Shown here: one piece after another, positions 13,401 to 26,847 of the stretch
Position numbering within the stretch: the first letter of the stretch is position 1
Layout of the letters: every line of letters starts with the position of its first letter
Assembly: GCA_964035545.1 (NCBI GenBank)
Contig: OZ037767.1
Coordinates: 13,377,801 to 13,441,800 of the forward strand
Reading direction: 5' to 3'
From: Bugula neritina
Lineage: Eukaryota; Animalia; Bryozoa
Length of the DNA stretch: 64,000 nt
Position numbers and translations under genes: made by a program
Notes under the pieces: model-generated
The model's input: the letters and a program-made list of their open reading frames with translations, nothing else
Told to the model about the DNA's origin: nothing
Database searches by the model: none

Positions 13401-15216
13401 CCGAGTGTCCATTTGAACTCTTCCTGTAGTACAAAGTACATAGTAGTACAGTTATAAAGATAAACACAATCTTTAAACTAACTTAAATAGGCAAATAAAT
13501 AATTAAAGCTATTAGGAATCTTAATTATTTTTGTTAATAGCAGTATTATCTGTCCACACCCACATGATTGCCTAATAAATTATAAAAACTAACAGCATTT
13601 TATAGCCTGAGTTGTATTGTTTATAGACGAGACCTCATTCGGACATACGGTTCCCCACCCGACAGCTAGGCATGCATGGATACGACAACAGCGTAGCTGA
13701 TATGAAGCCAGCAATGCTAGCCTTAGGACCTGACTTCAAGAAACAGAAATCTATGAACACGTTCCATGCTAATGAGATATACCCCCTAGTCTGTAGCATG
13801 TTACAACTCAAGAAATGTCACGGTTCAGACGGTACTATGGATAACCCGCAGGAAATAGTTACAGGTTTGTGTTTATGAAACTTGGATATTATATTCTCAT
13901 AACAAAGAAGTGTGAATGGCTTCAATCTACTATATTACAACATAAAGTATATTAATATATACTTTAAATTGTAATATAAAGGTGGGCGCCACAATTCAAA
14001 GAAACCAATATAGTCTGAAGATAATGTTTTATTTATTTGTCTCAGCTTCAAAGTCACTCTTTGTAATTGTAGCTGTAAAATGCAGAACACTGAAAACCTT
14101 GGTAGTGGAACTGTTTAGAAATTAAGCCAGCTAGTTTTGCTACTGGGTTGATGAGAGATCGTTAAAAAGCAATGTAGATGGATTTTTTTTCTTAAATGTC
14201 ATGAACTTAGAACACTTAATGTCAGGGTTGACGTTATCTAGTAGATATTTCTGTCAACTTGGCAATACCAAAGCATCTTCAAGATGTTCTGATATTTGAC
14301 GTGTGTAGCTGTCATTCCACATCCCCATGGCACTAAATCATGTAGAGAACCTCCCTCATACACAGCTGTACAAGTTTGTAGTCACAATTTGTCCTCAAGA
14401 AATAAAATTTATGCAGAGGCCCTAGGAAAGTGTGCTGTGAATTAATTATGTAGAATTTCTTAGAGCCAAACCATCAACCCTTTTGTCATTTCAAAATGGT
14501 GGACTTTATTATATCAGTTAAAGATTAATGGAGATTAATAAACTATAATCTGTGTACAAGTAGGATATCATCTTTTCTTCAGCAATGAATGCATGAAACA
14601 GATAGTATAATTTGTGGTTTGTCATTTTTAAATGTCTTTTAGTAGTTTAAGAATATTAGTCTGAATACTACGACTTTTTGAGACACCAACTAGTGGTACA
14701 GTTGAATACAAGTAGTTTGTAAGCTATTGCTGCCAAAGATCAAACTGCTTAGTAACTATTACGTCTGCACTATGTATGCCCTAAACTCACAGTTGTTTAT
14801 AGTCTTCATCCCTGTGAGAACTGATGGCAAGGGTGGGCTAACGACTGTATATGCTATGATACAGGAGAGGCTGTTGCCGACACCACCATTGGCCCTTTTG
14901 GGATTCAAACCCATGACCTAGGGTACTCTAGGTAAGCCCTCTAGACCACAGCTGCCCCCTACCATTGTAAACTACTATTCCCATTATAATTTGTTGGGTT
15001 GTTAGAACAGCTGTTGATATTATCAATGTTTGTATTACAGTAACACTGAAAGACCAACGAGAAGACAAGAAAAATTATCGTTCTCTAAACACTGGACCAG
15101 TAAAGAAGTATCGGAGCTCAAACTTCGGCTCTTCTGGAGCCATGAGTTCTCTGACAAAGAGTAACTTTTCATTATATTTTATATTAAGTTATGTTATTAG
15201 CTATCTATGTTATTAG
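7462..15216 (+). CDS. Ectonucleotide pyrophosphatase/phosphodiesterase family protein (ENPP4-7 type), signal peptide and GPI-like tail
   Basis: Exons 7462-7559, 8220-8347, 9490-9660, 11268-11436, 12235-12502, 12820-12966, 13627-13864, 15041-15216, all phase-consistent. Motifs: TIVTGLWPEEHG, KPIWITAE, PDNSGH, NIIVLGDHGM, HGYDN, MLALGPDFK; hydrophobic C-terminus. Confidence 0.9.
9832..10599. mobile_element. Non-autonomous Kolobok-type DNA transposon (768 bp)
   Basis: TTAA|AGGATTGCTCTATCTT ... AAGATTGAGCAATCCT|TTAA: 16-bp TIR with one mismatch, TTAA on both sides, RR...YY ends typical of Kolobok. Confidence 0.8.
10845..10930. repeat. TACACC/TATACC-type simple repeat
   Basis: Repeated TACCTACACATATACTTAAAC units. 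Confidence 0.7.
11455..11700. repeat. (GTAGT/GTGTA)n-like simple repeat
   Basis: Directly visible in the ENPP intron; accounts for the spurious Y/T/H-rich ORFs. Confidence 0.8.
13012..13153 (-). mobile_element. SINE copy, 3'-truncated
   Basis: Reverse complement of the SINE head and body (TTCCTAACATCACCAATGGCC...CTCTAACCCCTAGA). Confidence 0.8.
14807..14959 (-). mobile_element. SINE copy, diverged and internally deleted
   Basis: CATCCCTGTGAGAA, ACCACCATTGGCC, TCAAACCCATGACC and CTAGACCACAGCTGC match the family. Confidence 0.7.
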
Positions 15217-15254
15217 CTATCTATGTTATTAGCTATCTATGTTATTAGCTATAG
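15190..15254. repeat. 16-bp tandem repeat (TATGTTATTAGCTATC)x4 overlapping the ENPP stop codon
   Basis: Four units seen, one with an extra T. Confidence 0.9.
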
Positions 15255-17064
15255 TCTGTATATAATAGAAAGAAAATCTCTCAGCTTATATTGCTCATAT
15301 GTTTGCATTACGTTGTTTTTTAATTACTACATTGCTAAATTTGTTATTTGTATTTTATAAAGTTTATATCATAATTATTCTACTGCTGAACTTTAGTATT
15401 TTACATATTATATTCATACATTAGCTGCTATGTCACATAATTTTTGAACTTTTGACTCTCTATATGTTTTCAAAGGTGCCTATCTTGTTTTTTTAAAATA
15501 AAACGAAGTTTCTATATATAGTGTTTAAAATTACACAGTCTGCCTACTCAGCACTATTCACAATTATAAAAAATTACCATAAGTGTTTCGAAAGCAATTT
15601 GCTTAATTAATAGAGCTATTATTGTAGCAGTTAGGTAGAAATTTTTGTTTAGCTCTAGAGTTGCGCCAGGATCTACTAAAGTAAGAGAACTCTAATGAAG
15701 CCTTTAAATTTTGAGAAGTGCTTAATTTTGCATGTATAGCCACAACAATCAGTTCAAAACAGTAAGCTTGAAATAGTCGACACAAATCCTATAGTGCAGT
15801 TTGCAGAAATTTGAACCATGTTTAACACATGGCAGCTTCAGACCAAAAGAAATTATCAAATACCATGAGAATACTGTACAAGTTAAGCTTCATAATAAAA
15901 AAAAACTTGGTATTGTATTCCAACTGTCATCACCAACGCTTATAAAGGTGTAGTTATACTACCTCCAAAATTTTAGGTCCAAAATGTAATTGCCTAAGTG
16001 AAAAAATTTGCCTAGCAAATTTTGAAAGGGTGCTCAGCCAAGTAGAATTAACTAGAACTCATCATCTCATAAATATAAATATATATATGTATATATATAT
16101 TTATTAATTAATGACTGATGAATTTGTAGATTCAGCTGTATGTGGTTGCAAGGTAAAATAACTCCACAGGTAAATTTTTTCATTTATTCTGATAAAATAA
16201 TACACTATGTAAATAAACGCGAATACAAAAATAAACTGCTTTTTTTACAAAAAACCAACATGAAAACACGACAGAATGAAAAGTAAGCATATACAGTAGA
16301 GGTGCATGCTATAGAGTATCGGTAATAAACTCGCCCCATTTTATTGCCACTGCTGACCGAATTTTCCACACGGGCCACTAAACCGAGTATAGATTAAATA
16401 TTTATAACGAGACCAGCTAAATTGTATCGCCAATATCACGGAAAGTATCTACTAGCTTTGCTATCTATTCTCTCTGTTTGCCGCAACGGCAACACCAAAT
16501 TGGGTTTAAGGATACACTAATAGAAATGAATATCATCAACTGCATACAACATAAAAAATAAAAATAAAATAAAAAATACTAAATATAATGGGACAAAAAA
16601 TCCTAGTGATTACTGCTCTAGAAATTTCGCAACAAAAATTAATTATTTTCTAGTGATAGAAACTAAAACTTGTTTAAAGTACAAAAGGAACTAAAAAACC
16701 GTTTCATGCTAATCTGGCTGTACGGACAAATAGGAAGCTACTCAGTAAGAGATGATCATGCTAAACGACCTTGACCCATAAAATTTCAGCTCTCAAGTTA
16801 CTGAAAAGCTGTGGAAAATTGCATAAATTGTCAATTACCACTGGATGCATCTTTGATATCGCTAAAAAGCTTAAGATTCACTGAATCTAACAAAATGCTA
16901 AGATACTGAAAAAGAAGCTTCAATCAACGTATCTATACCTCTCCCCTTCCTCCAACAACATGGAAGTCGTTATTCAGATCCACACATGTTTATGTGGGAT
17001 ACTTGGACTTTCGAGAGCTGCGAGTGCAGTGGTAGAAGACATCGGCGCTAATATTATGAGGCTC

Positions 17065-17137
17065 ACAGACTACAGTCGAAACTCGACTGTGAACGCCTCG
17101 AAAACGCGTTCACAGTCGAGTTTCGACTGTAGTCTGT
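17065..17137. repeat. Perfect 32-bp inverted repeat with 9-nt spacer
   Basis: ACAGACTACAGTCGAAACTCGACTGTGAACGC-ctcgaaaac-GCGTTCACAGTCGAGTTTCGACTGTAGTCTGT. Confidence 0.95.
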
Positions 17138-17247
17138 TAGCCCCATTAGAGATACTGTATAAAAAATGTGTAAACTATACACGGAGACATCTATGTGCCA
17201 CAACTGATACAACATATCTGATTACCATGTCTTCACAGGTCATCGAA

Positions 17248-20200
17248 TCAATAGCATTCAACGGGTTGACTACTCATATGGGAAGCCACATAGATTGGTT
17301 TATCTAGGCAGACTTGAGAACCACTGGAAATACTATCATAACCACTGCTATTACTATCTTCATCACTAGTCCTGAGGGATGAAACGGTGCTGTCACTACT
17401 CAAATTGTCGTCATTTGAGACTTTTTCCTCTTTAGAATCACACTTAGGTTCGCTAGTGCTAGGAAACGCCACAATACTTGTCACTCTACCGACGCCTCGC
17501 GTAGTGCCCTGTCTGAACAGTAGCTTGCTGCCGGTGTAGATGCATTCTGGGTGGTGGTCGGAGAGAAATTCAAATGTCACATTAGCCTTACCATTTGTTT
17601 CCAGTGTCTTCTACAACATCAAGAGACATGAGAAGTTGACTGAACATTTAGAATATGATGACAGACTAGAGGTTTTTGAGAAACTAATAAATATGTAGAA
17701 CAATTTCACAAGAAAAAACACTGCAAACTAATTTAAATAAAGTATTTAGCATTTTAAAGGCGGTTCTATTGAAAAGAAATCTTAGTAATTTAAAACCAAG
17801 ATATTACTAAACAGTAGGCAGCAAAAAATCTAATAAAATTCGTTTAGGCAAATTTTTGTGTTCAGTGGTTAGTGAATCATTTTACTGCATATAACATTGA
17901 CTGCTTCTAACATGCCAATACAACTAGAAGTATGTATGGCAATGGTATCAGAAGCAGGTATGGCATCGGTATGAGAAGTAGGTGTGGCAATGATACTAGA
18001 AGTAAGTGTAGGCAGACTGACTTACTGTTGACATCTCTAGAATCTTTGCTGTTCGACAGACACTGCCTATATGAACTGTGCACTGAAACCCTATTTTTAT
18101 AGACTTTTTATGAAAAAGTAGATTTACTTCTGCTTTAAACCTCTTACAGACTGGAGGGGCATCATTCACTCTCGTCAGCACCATTCCCTACAGCAAATCA
18201 CTCAGCATTATCTCACCATTACCATATAAGGAGTGGCACGCGTACATTAATACCATAAAAGGGGTGACACACTACGTTACCATAAAGGCAATGATATGCC
18301 TACTAGTATATTATGCCTACCATTCATAAGGAAACATATCAGACATTAGCTGGACATTGATTGTTCATATTAACATTTCATGTCATAAAATCCGACAGTA
18401 ATATAGTATTGCAGTGCTACATTAATTTGGTCCTACATTGGTACAGTAATCAGTATAATGGTGACGCTAAGCTAAATTCCAGTGAAAATGAAAATATTCC
18501 AAGTGGAAGAATCGTGCCGCAGGTAACCTCCAGATGGCTCTCACCTTTCTCATGACGGGTAAACTTTCCTTCTCGTCAGCAGACGTTAGCGCCAAGGCTG
18601 CCGCTTGTCCCGCCTTCACAATTCTGCATGGGAAACGATTCCTATGCATAGAGGTGACCCTGACCTTCTTGAATGAGCCTCCTTCGAATGGACCGGCTTG
18701 CAGTATGTCACCTTCTTTTATGCAGCTTCTACATTCAAATAACCCAAACTTTCACAAACACAAATATGAAGTTTAAATGTGGAATAGGGCATTCGCCGTA
18801 TATATCTCGTGCTGTATAGTTATGACGTATAAACGACTGTATATTTAGACGAAGAAGACATTCACAGTTTCCCACTACTACAGCTAGTTAAGTGGTGCAA
18901 AAATATTCATTGTTTATATATTTCAAAGTTATCTTCTCTTAGGCAATATTTATCTAGTTTAAGTTTTGGCCTCTTTCCATGTTTTGTGAGGTAAAATTAC
19001 TATGCAGGCAAACAATGGCACGGTGCTACATACATTTACCAAGCACCAAATGTCTCACACTGTACATTGCTAGTAACAAAATATGTTTAGTTGGTTATTA
19101 AACGCTTTTTCTGTCTTTTTGGTTTATGAACCGCATAGTTAAGATTTACAAGGCGCATTTCCATGGATTGATTAACCAGTCCAAGTTGAGCTCAGACCAC
19201 CTGAGTTTAACCTTTGGCCTGTTTCCACATTTGAGAAGTGAAATTAATGTTCACGGAATCGATGGCATGGTGTTATATACATTTACCAAGCACCACATCA
19301 CTTGAGTTGTACATTTTTTTCAATTTATAAAATAATATGGTATACAATAAGCAGTGAAACATATTAATATCATATATAAAATAGTCATATGTGAGATGAC
19401 AATAATGCACACCTTTTCATGATGCCGGAAATAACGAGTCCAACATCCGGTACGTCTGAATACACTTCATCTACTTGGAAGGAAAGTTGGTCGGCGTTGG
19501 CTAGTTTCTCCAACTCAACATCATTGGCCGTGGGAGGTAGAGCATTGAGGAACTTCTGTAGGAGGGGCATACCCGCCCCCGTCTTGCTGGACACTTTGAA
19601 AACTGGAACAACTCTACAATGTGATGGCAATATTTCTCAACTAATCAAATAAATAAAATAACAAAGTGCGTTCGACTGAAACTTTGTGGAGGCTGTACCT
19701 AGCAGACTAAAATGCCTTTGGGAGTTGTCTTTCTATAAAACCTTGAATCCTTCTACTATGGAATATCTCACTTTGCTGCGTGCAAAGAGCAAAGTAATGT
19801 ATACAAGAGACATGCTTGTGCCCATCACCTGTCTTGTCGACAGCATACGATAATAAAAGGATTTGTGAAGCATAGATTACAATGAAACTACTTTGAATGT
19901 ATACTTACTAAATATTTCAAGATACAGAAAAAAATAATTTTAATTTTCTGATCAGTACCAAGAAGTTTGTAAGAGACTATAAACTAAACTAGAACTGAAC
20001 ATCAGTATATTACCTAGTATGGCCTAATAAATATATTTTCGGTTGAAATCTTGTCCATCTCTAAGAAAAACACTCTCTGTATCTCTACTGGAATACTTGC
20101 ACTTTTCGAAAAAAAATTTCTTTGCCCGACAGCCCAGCATTTGACACGTACGTTTGTTGTCTTAACATACCGAATCATGAATTACATAACTACTAGATCA

Positions 20201-23200
20201 GCTCATTGATTAGCTATTTGGATCATTACTTTCCAACACAATCTCAATGAGATGTAACACTACATATATCTAACCAGTCCACTAAACTCACTTGTTTGAA
20301 CTCATCTGAGAGATGGCCTTGGTCACGTCATCGCTGCTCTCTATCCTGGTGGGCACCTTGTTGCTGCCGGGAGACTTAAGCAGACGCTCCATACTCGACA
20401 GGTTCTTCTCCAATGCAGCAGGACGGCAGCAGTCTATTTTGGTCACCACCACAAACAGCGGCACTTGAAGGCAGAGAGCGAAACCCAGCTGTTCCTTTGT
20501 CGTACCGACTACAGTAGCAGAATGTTATATTGAAGATGATTTAGGAAAGACAACTCCCAAGTGTGGAGCAGATTCTCAATATAGTGGACTTTAGTACCCA
20601 CAATTTTATGTGAGTAATTTGAAATGTAGAATGAAAGTGAGGTCCTTTTTAATATTTATCCGGAAAAAACTTTTCACAGCCCTCCTGACAAATGAATAAA
20701 CTCAAGCAGCTGTGAGCTACTAATAATAAAGCGGTGAGTCTCACCTATGCCTCGGTTTGCGCTCATCACTAGCATAGCAAAGTGAGGGGAGTGACCCATG
20801 AGCCCGTATATTGTGGTCTTGAGGTACTTCTGGTGCCCTGGCACGTCAATGAACTGAATGATCTTAGTCGAGTTCTCACAAATATCTTCTGGCGTCTCAT
20901 TCTCCAGGTAGTTGTTTAGCTGAGAAAAGATAACAGAGTTAACCACTGCAGAAAGTGTGAAGTTTACGGAGTTACCTCCCCATGTAGATTGAGTCCAGTT
21001 AATATCACTGCAGCAGACATTCTTTTATATATTTGTCTTAGTGGATTGATTTGTTGTGACTTATTTATATAATCGTAATTTGTAATAATTTGTAAAGTTT
21101 ATAAAGATGTGAATCATTTACTGGTTTATGCAGTTAAATCCTTCATCATATAAAATCCAGTATTTATAATATGAATACAATAAGTGGGAGGAGCTTACAA
21201 TATAAACAGCTATCATGTTATAACAATATTCCAGTTGTTCGAGTTGTTCCACCAAATTAAAGAAGCTATAATACAGAGTCAAAACAATATAAAGACAAAA
21301 ACATGACTCACTTCCCCGTCCGAGTCAAATCCAATGATTTCCTGAGAAATGCTGGACGTACGGCCTGATTGTACTTCGTGACGATGTCTGAAAAGGTTGA
21401 GACGCGCCCTGCCGTTCCCGTTGTCTAGTTCTCCGTGAGCGAGAACCCCGACTAACGTGCTCTTACCGCTGTCCACGTTACCCAACACTGCCACTCTTAG
21501 GTCTAGGAACTACATCCACAGAGTTGGGTATTAGTTTCAAGGCTGATACTTAACATACAACAGTGTGTACTGTGATTGGGCTAAATGTGCCAAGAAAATT
21601 TGGTCTAGAATGTTCTAAACTGAGCATGTGAATACCTCACATATTGCATACACAGTAGCTGCACATTAAGCAGCTTACAGTTTGAGCACAAATTAAATGT
21701 GGAAATAAAGTGGGAACACCACTGCATTGTTCAGGGGTACGAATGAGCATGTAAAGCACAATACACAGTGCTTTCAATATCAACAATGTATAATGCAACT
21801 GTTCTCAAAAAATCTTCCCGGGGACCAGGGAAATCATGCAGGCATAAACCTGTGAATATTTCAACTATTTTAGCGGAGAAAGTTGGAATTGATCCTTTCA
21901 GTTTACCTGCTGATCATCTGGGACTTTACGCACCAAGACCTCTACGGCTGTTCTGTCATCTTCACACGATGTCTCTCTCAGTACTGTAATAGTGGCACCA
22001 AGTCTACAATGTAAAGAGGTCATTTGGGTTAAAGTCTTTTTAGTCAGTGAAAAACCCACTTCTTATGGCTGTAATTCTTTCATTTGCCATATATTTGGAA
22101 TATACTTGTATGATCTCAACTAGCACCTGCCCTTCCATTGCCACCTATACAGCAGTGGGTAAAGGCATCAGTTGACACATTAACTGACACTGGGTAGCAT
22201 GTCTGTGGCAGGTGGTTGCCAGGTGTGTGTCAAGCAACAGCTATCTTAATCACTGATTTATCTAAGTGCCTATACAACACATACTGATTCATGTACTAGG
22301 GCCACTATGTTGACACAGGCACTCTAGTTGTTGTAACTTTTCTAGAATAATCATGAACAACTCATGTATGAAAAATTAATATGCTGGGAGCTTGAAAACA
22401 GGAAATGTATCATCACTCAACCAGCCAACCAAAATAATAATGAGTAACGTTACATAGACTGCCACATGTGCCCTACACCCAACACATTAACTACACTCAC
22501 AAACCAATGAAGCGTAAGTCTATTAATTCATATGATACGATATTTCCAGCTGTAAGTTAGTTGTATTTACTAACTGATGTACGGTTATACAGATGATTAT
22601 GCAAGAAAGTAATTATAACAGGGGAGGAGTCAATCAACATCATAAGGTAATTAGCAGACAGTCTTGCAAACTCATAGTGGTATTCGTGGCGTAGACTTGC
22701 AAAGATCCAGGGACTGGAATATCAACAAACAGAGCTACAGCCTGCAAACACAGCCAGCATTTCTCAACTACTGGAAAAAGTTCCATACCGCTGGGTGGGG
22801 TTTGAACCCTTACCACTTAGCAGTATGAAATAGAGGGTTTGTCAAGAACTGTTTAGGGTGGGCCTGGTAGAGCGAGAATTCCAAATAAAAGTGACATTAT
22901 TTTGAACTGTTTTTAATATGAAGTGTTTTGGGCTGCAATTCCATAATAAAAATTGTAAACTAGATACTCCAGGTTTGATTCTGTTGAACGAAAGTGTCGC
23001 ACCTTTTGGCCATATCTCGCAGCGTATCCATGGAGACCTTCAACTCGTTCTTTCTCAGACCGATATATATCCCACTATCCTCTACACCGATCTCGTATAT
23101 TGCTTCTCCTGCCCCTTCCTGCAGCCTCCATTTCATTTGTGTGACTAAATGCTCGAACCTAGTGGTGGACGGGGCCACCAGTTTCAACTACAAGGAAATT

Positions 23201-25297
23201 AGAGTCAACTTTATTTTATTTCTCATTCCACAGCTATTTTATCAAATTTCATTACTGAAGAATATGATTAACTATTACTAGTAACTGACTACCATTAACT
23301 ATTACTAGTAACTGACTATCATTAACTATTACTAGTAACTGACTATCATTAACTATTACTAATAACTACTACTAGTAACTCTTACTGCCTACATGTCACT
23401 ATTAAACCTGTGTGCTGATTCTTGCGTCATAAAGAGGAAAGAGAAACAGGTTCTGATGAACTAGTGTTGGACTGGACTATTAAATACAGAATTAGTGACA
23501 GGTAAAATCTTACCTTATATTCAAATTTTCCCTCTTCTACCTACAAAACATAAACATAGCCTCAGTTACTTTATTGAGAAGAATGGATTTAAACAGGGGA
23601 GGGGGGGTGTTTTTATATATATTCCCGTAAAGACCTGCTAGTGTGGTGGTCATGTTTTGTGTAAATAAGGCAGAAATAAATATATATCTTCAAATTACGA
23701 GAAAATGAACAAATAATGTAGGGAAGTAGTACAAGCATCATCTTGAACTGATTACTCTATTTGCTACTCAAAGTTTGAAAGTTTCTATCTTGAGATGAGA
23801 ATGTAGACATTAATGTACCTAGCCTTTGTTAATATCTACGAATAAATAATAAGCTCTGAGGCTACACAGATTTCTTTTTTTTAAGAAAGAGGTGTGGTCT
23901 AGTGGCTAAAACTCTAGTCTAAACTGTCCCCAACCATATTGCCAGAATGGTGAAAGACAGAAAAAAACTCCATTTTAGTAGCTGTACTAGTGAATGAGTG
24001 AAGTTCACCTTAGCATATCCACCTTAGGCTATATTCTTAATGAAGGCATTAGCCTATTTATAGTAGACTTTGGAGTTAACCTGAATATGGTAAACTCCTA
24101 TTAACCGAACATGGTTGTATATAAGTTCACGTCCCACAATACGGCATAGAGCGTAATGTAATCTAATGCAATATTCCTCGAGTTGGAAAACCCATCAGTC
24201 AAACATGCGAATAGCTTGAAACCAACAGCCAATCAGAATGGTTGATTATAGAAACTGTACACATCATCAGCTGATGGGATTTTACACTTGAAATGAAATG
24301 TAAGATTTATTAACCTGAAGGTTTATTTATTGAGAATTGGGTTAGTCAATGGCGTGAACTTAACCTTGAGTGTAATGACTTTTTGCACACAAAGACAAAT
24401 GTAATGAATAAACTTGATGTCACATCCACTATAACAATGAACATTGTTAACAAAGAACTTCAACAAAACATCAATTTTCAGAAATTTCTAAATCAAACTA
24501 TATTTTATGCTCAAAGAACTTGCAAAGGTAAACTAACGTTTTAAAGTTTCAACAAGTCATTTCCAAACTTATAGAAAATATTACTTGAGAGTTTAAAGCA
24601 GACACAAATACATAGTACAGTATACTAGTAACTATGTTGATAGAGTTACTTGAAACACAGAAGTCTATCATAAAACATAGTTTAACAACACTAACAATGC
24701 AATGTGCCAAACCAAAACACAAAATAATAAACATTTCAAGCAAACAACAGCTGAGTAAGTGAGTGAGTAAATAGTGAGTAAGTGAGTGAGTAAATAGTGA
24801 TTAAGTGAGTGAGTGAGTTAATAGTGATTAAGTGAGTGAGTGAATAGTGAGTAAGTGAGTGAGTGAATAGTGAGTAAGTGAGTGAGTGAATGAATAGTGA
24901 GTCAGTGAGTGAGTGAGTTAATAGTGATTAAGTGAGTGAGTGTATAGTGATTAAGTGAGTGAGTGAGTGAATAGCGAGTAAGTGAGTGAGTGAGTTAATA
25001 GTGATTAAGTGAGTGAGTGAATAGTGATTAAGTGAGTGAGTGAGTGAATAGTGAGTGAGTGAGTGAATAGTGAGCAAGAAAGTGAGCGAGTGAATGAGAG
25101 AGAGCGAAATAGAAAGAGAGGGGAGTCAAGAGGAGAAAAAGACATATAAAAAGAGAGCCGAACAAACTGACCTCTGGTGGCAGAGAGCAGTAGTCTGAAT
25201 CAGCTGACTTCATCATGCTGGTGTATGTCTGTGTCTCAGATGGCTGCCGACGTCTCTTTCTGTCCTTCATGTATTGACACAGTTCATTTGGTGCCAT
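17248..25297 (-). CDS. GTPBP2: GTP-binding protein 2 (translational GTPase)
   Basis: Exons 25297-25172 (LPPE), 23540-23514 (VEEGKFEYK), 23187-23003 ([16 protein letters not shown]), 22003-21907 (VRKVPDDQQ), 21509-21312 ([31 protein letters not shown]), 20919-20745 ([12 protein letters not shown]), 20508-20292 (VTKID), 19613-19413, 18728-18545, 18187-18026, 17610-17248; all GT-AG and phase-consistent. Confidence 0.96.
23266..23380. repeat. ~27-bp tandem repeat (ATTAACTATTACTAGTAACTGACTATC)
   Basis: Three to four units seen directly. Confidence 0.85.
24752..25072. repeat. (GTGA)n compound microsatellite
   Basis: Directly visible in the first coding intron of GTPBP2. Confidence 0.95.
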
Positions 25298-26847
25298 CCT
25301 TATAGCACCTACATCATTATTACACTTAACTTTGAACTGGTGTCACATAAGTGTAAAGAACAGCCATAAGTAAATATTTTGAATAGTACACTCAGTAACT
25401 AGTATAGACTATTACCATGTTACTAATTTACTAGTAAATTAGAATTTATTATTATTATTAACAAACTAATTATATGCTAGAAAACCTCAACACTATTATT
25501 CTTTGAATAAGCTGAATTTTTTCAGTAAAAATCCTTAAATTAATATTATATTTTATATTTATTACACACATATTATACTTTATAGTAAATATAAAGATAA
25601 ACATAAGGGTAACTATGAGTCTAACAACTACAAGTGACAGAGTGATACACCATAACTTAAGTCAATTTTTACATAATACTATTAGTATTACAGTAATACT
25701 ATTAGTAATAGTATTACTAATGCTAATAGCAATACTAATACTGCTGGCATTACTTATAGTTATAGTAATACTAATAGTAATTAATAGTAATACTAATAGT
25801 AACTGTAAGAAGTTCAAGCTGGTGGCTTACTCTTAGAGTTAGTCTTACTTTCAGTTTTACTTAGACATTCACATTTTGATTAGGATTATCTAAGCATCGA
25901 TTACATTTACTAATAATAATACTCATAATCATACTTTAAGTGCATTACTATTACTATTAGTATTATATGTACAGTATTACTATTACAGTTAGTGAGTTAC
26001 TATTACTATTAGTATTAGTATCAGATTTAGTGTTCCTTAGAATATTTGAAATTATTCTTAGTTATAAGTTAACAAGTTATACTTAATTTTATAGTAAATT
26101 ATTTATCTGTTAGTGTTACATGATGATGATTACTGTTAAATTTACATGAAGCGATCATGAAGTTGAACAGATTGAGATACATTTTGATTTACAATTAGTA
26201 TTACTGATTTAGTGTTTAGTCTTACACTTACAGTTAGACTTGAAGTTAGACTTAGTGTTACAGTGACAGGTTGAAATTCAAATTGTATATCATTATTATC
26301 ATCAGTTATGATATCAACGATTATAATAGATCAAGTTGAATTAATAATAATGAAGGGCAGTAAATAACGTCGTAGTATTTATAATCACTGGTATATTTAA
26401 TTTGGTAGTCTAAGTTATTTTTACGAAAATATTGCTACCAATTTCGTCAGACAACGAATACAAAAATTTCACTCGATTGTGTAACGATTATAACCTATGA
26501 GCTCCCAATTTATTGCGCGATGACGTTGTTTGACGGAGAAATTTGGCCGATAACATTTGTAAGAGGACAACTCTGTAGTAAACTAGTTCACCACAAAAAG
26601 GAGACAAATCCTAAATTGTATGGTAGTTGAGGAAGGGTAGGCCCGTAGCTTGTAATAAATAATTATAATATTATAATATATGTAAATAATTTTGTTGAAA
26701 TATTTTACAGAACATTATCTGGTTCAAGCAGCCAACTCTACTCTCTCAGATTTTAACTTTGTGTCCTGTTTTTTTTCAATCATTTCAATAGCTTCAACTA
26801 AGCAAGAACTTGATACGGCATTATATTATACAATTAATGATAATAAC

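Noticed and set aside
16960-17307. 115-aa + strand ORF
   Set aside because: Antisense to the GTPBP2 3' end and runs through the palindrome; no recognisable features.
25615-25836. Hydrophobic I/L/V/T-rich ORFs (also 41031-41270, 47665-47892, 48426-48647)
   Set aside because: By-products of the hexamer-periodic tracts, with no splice or domain support.
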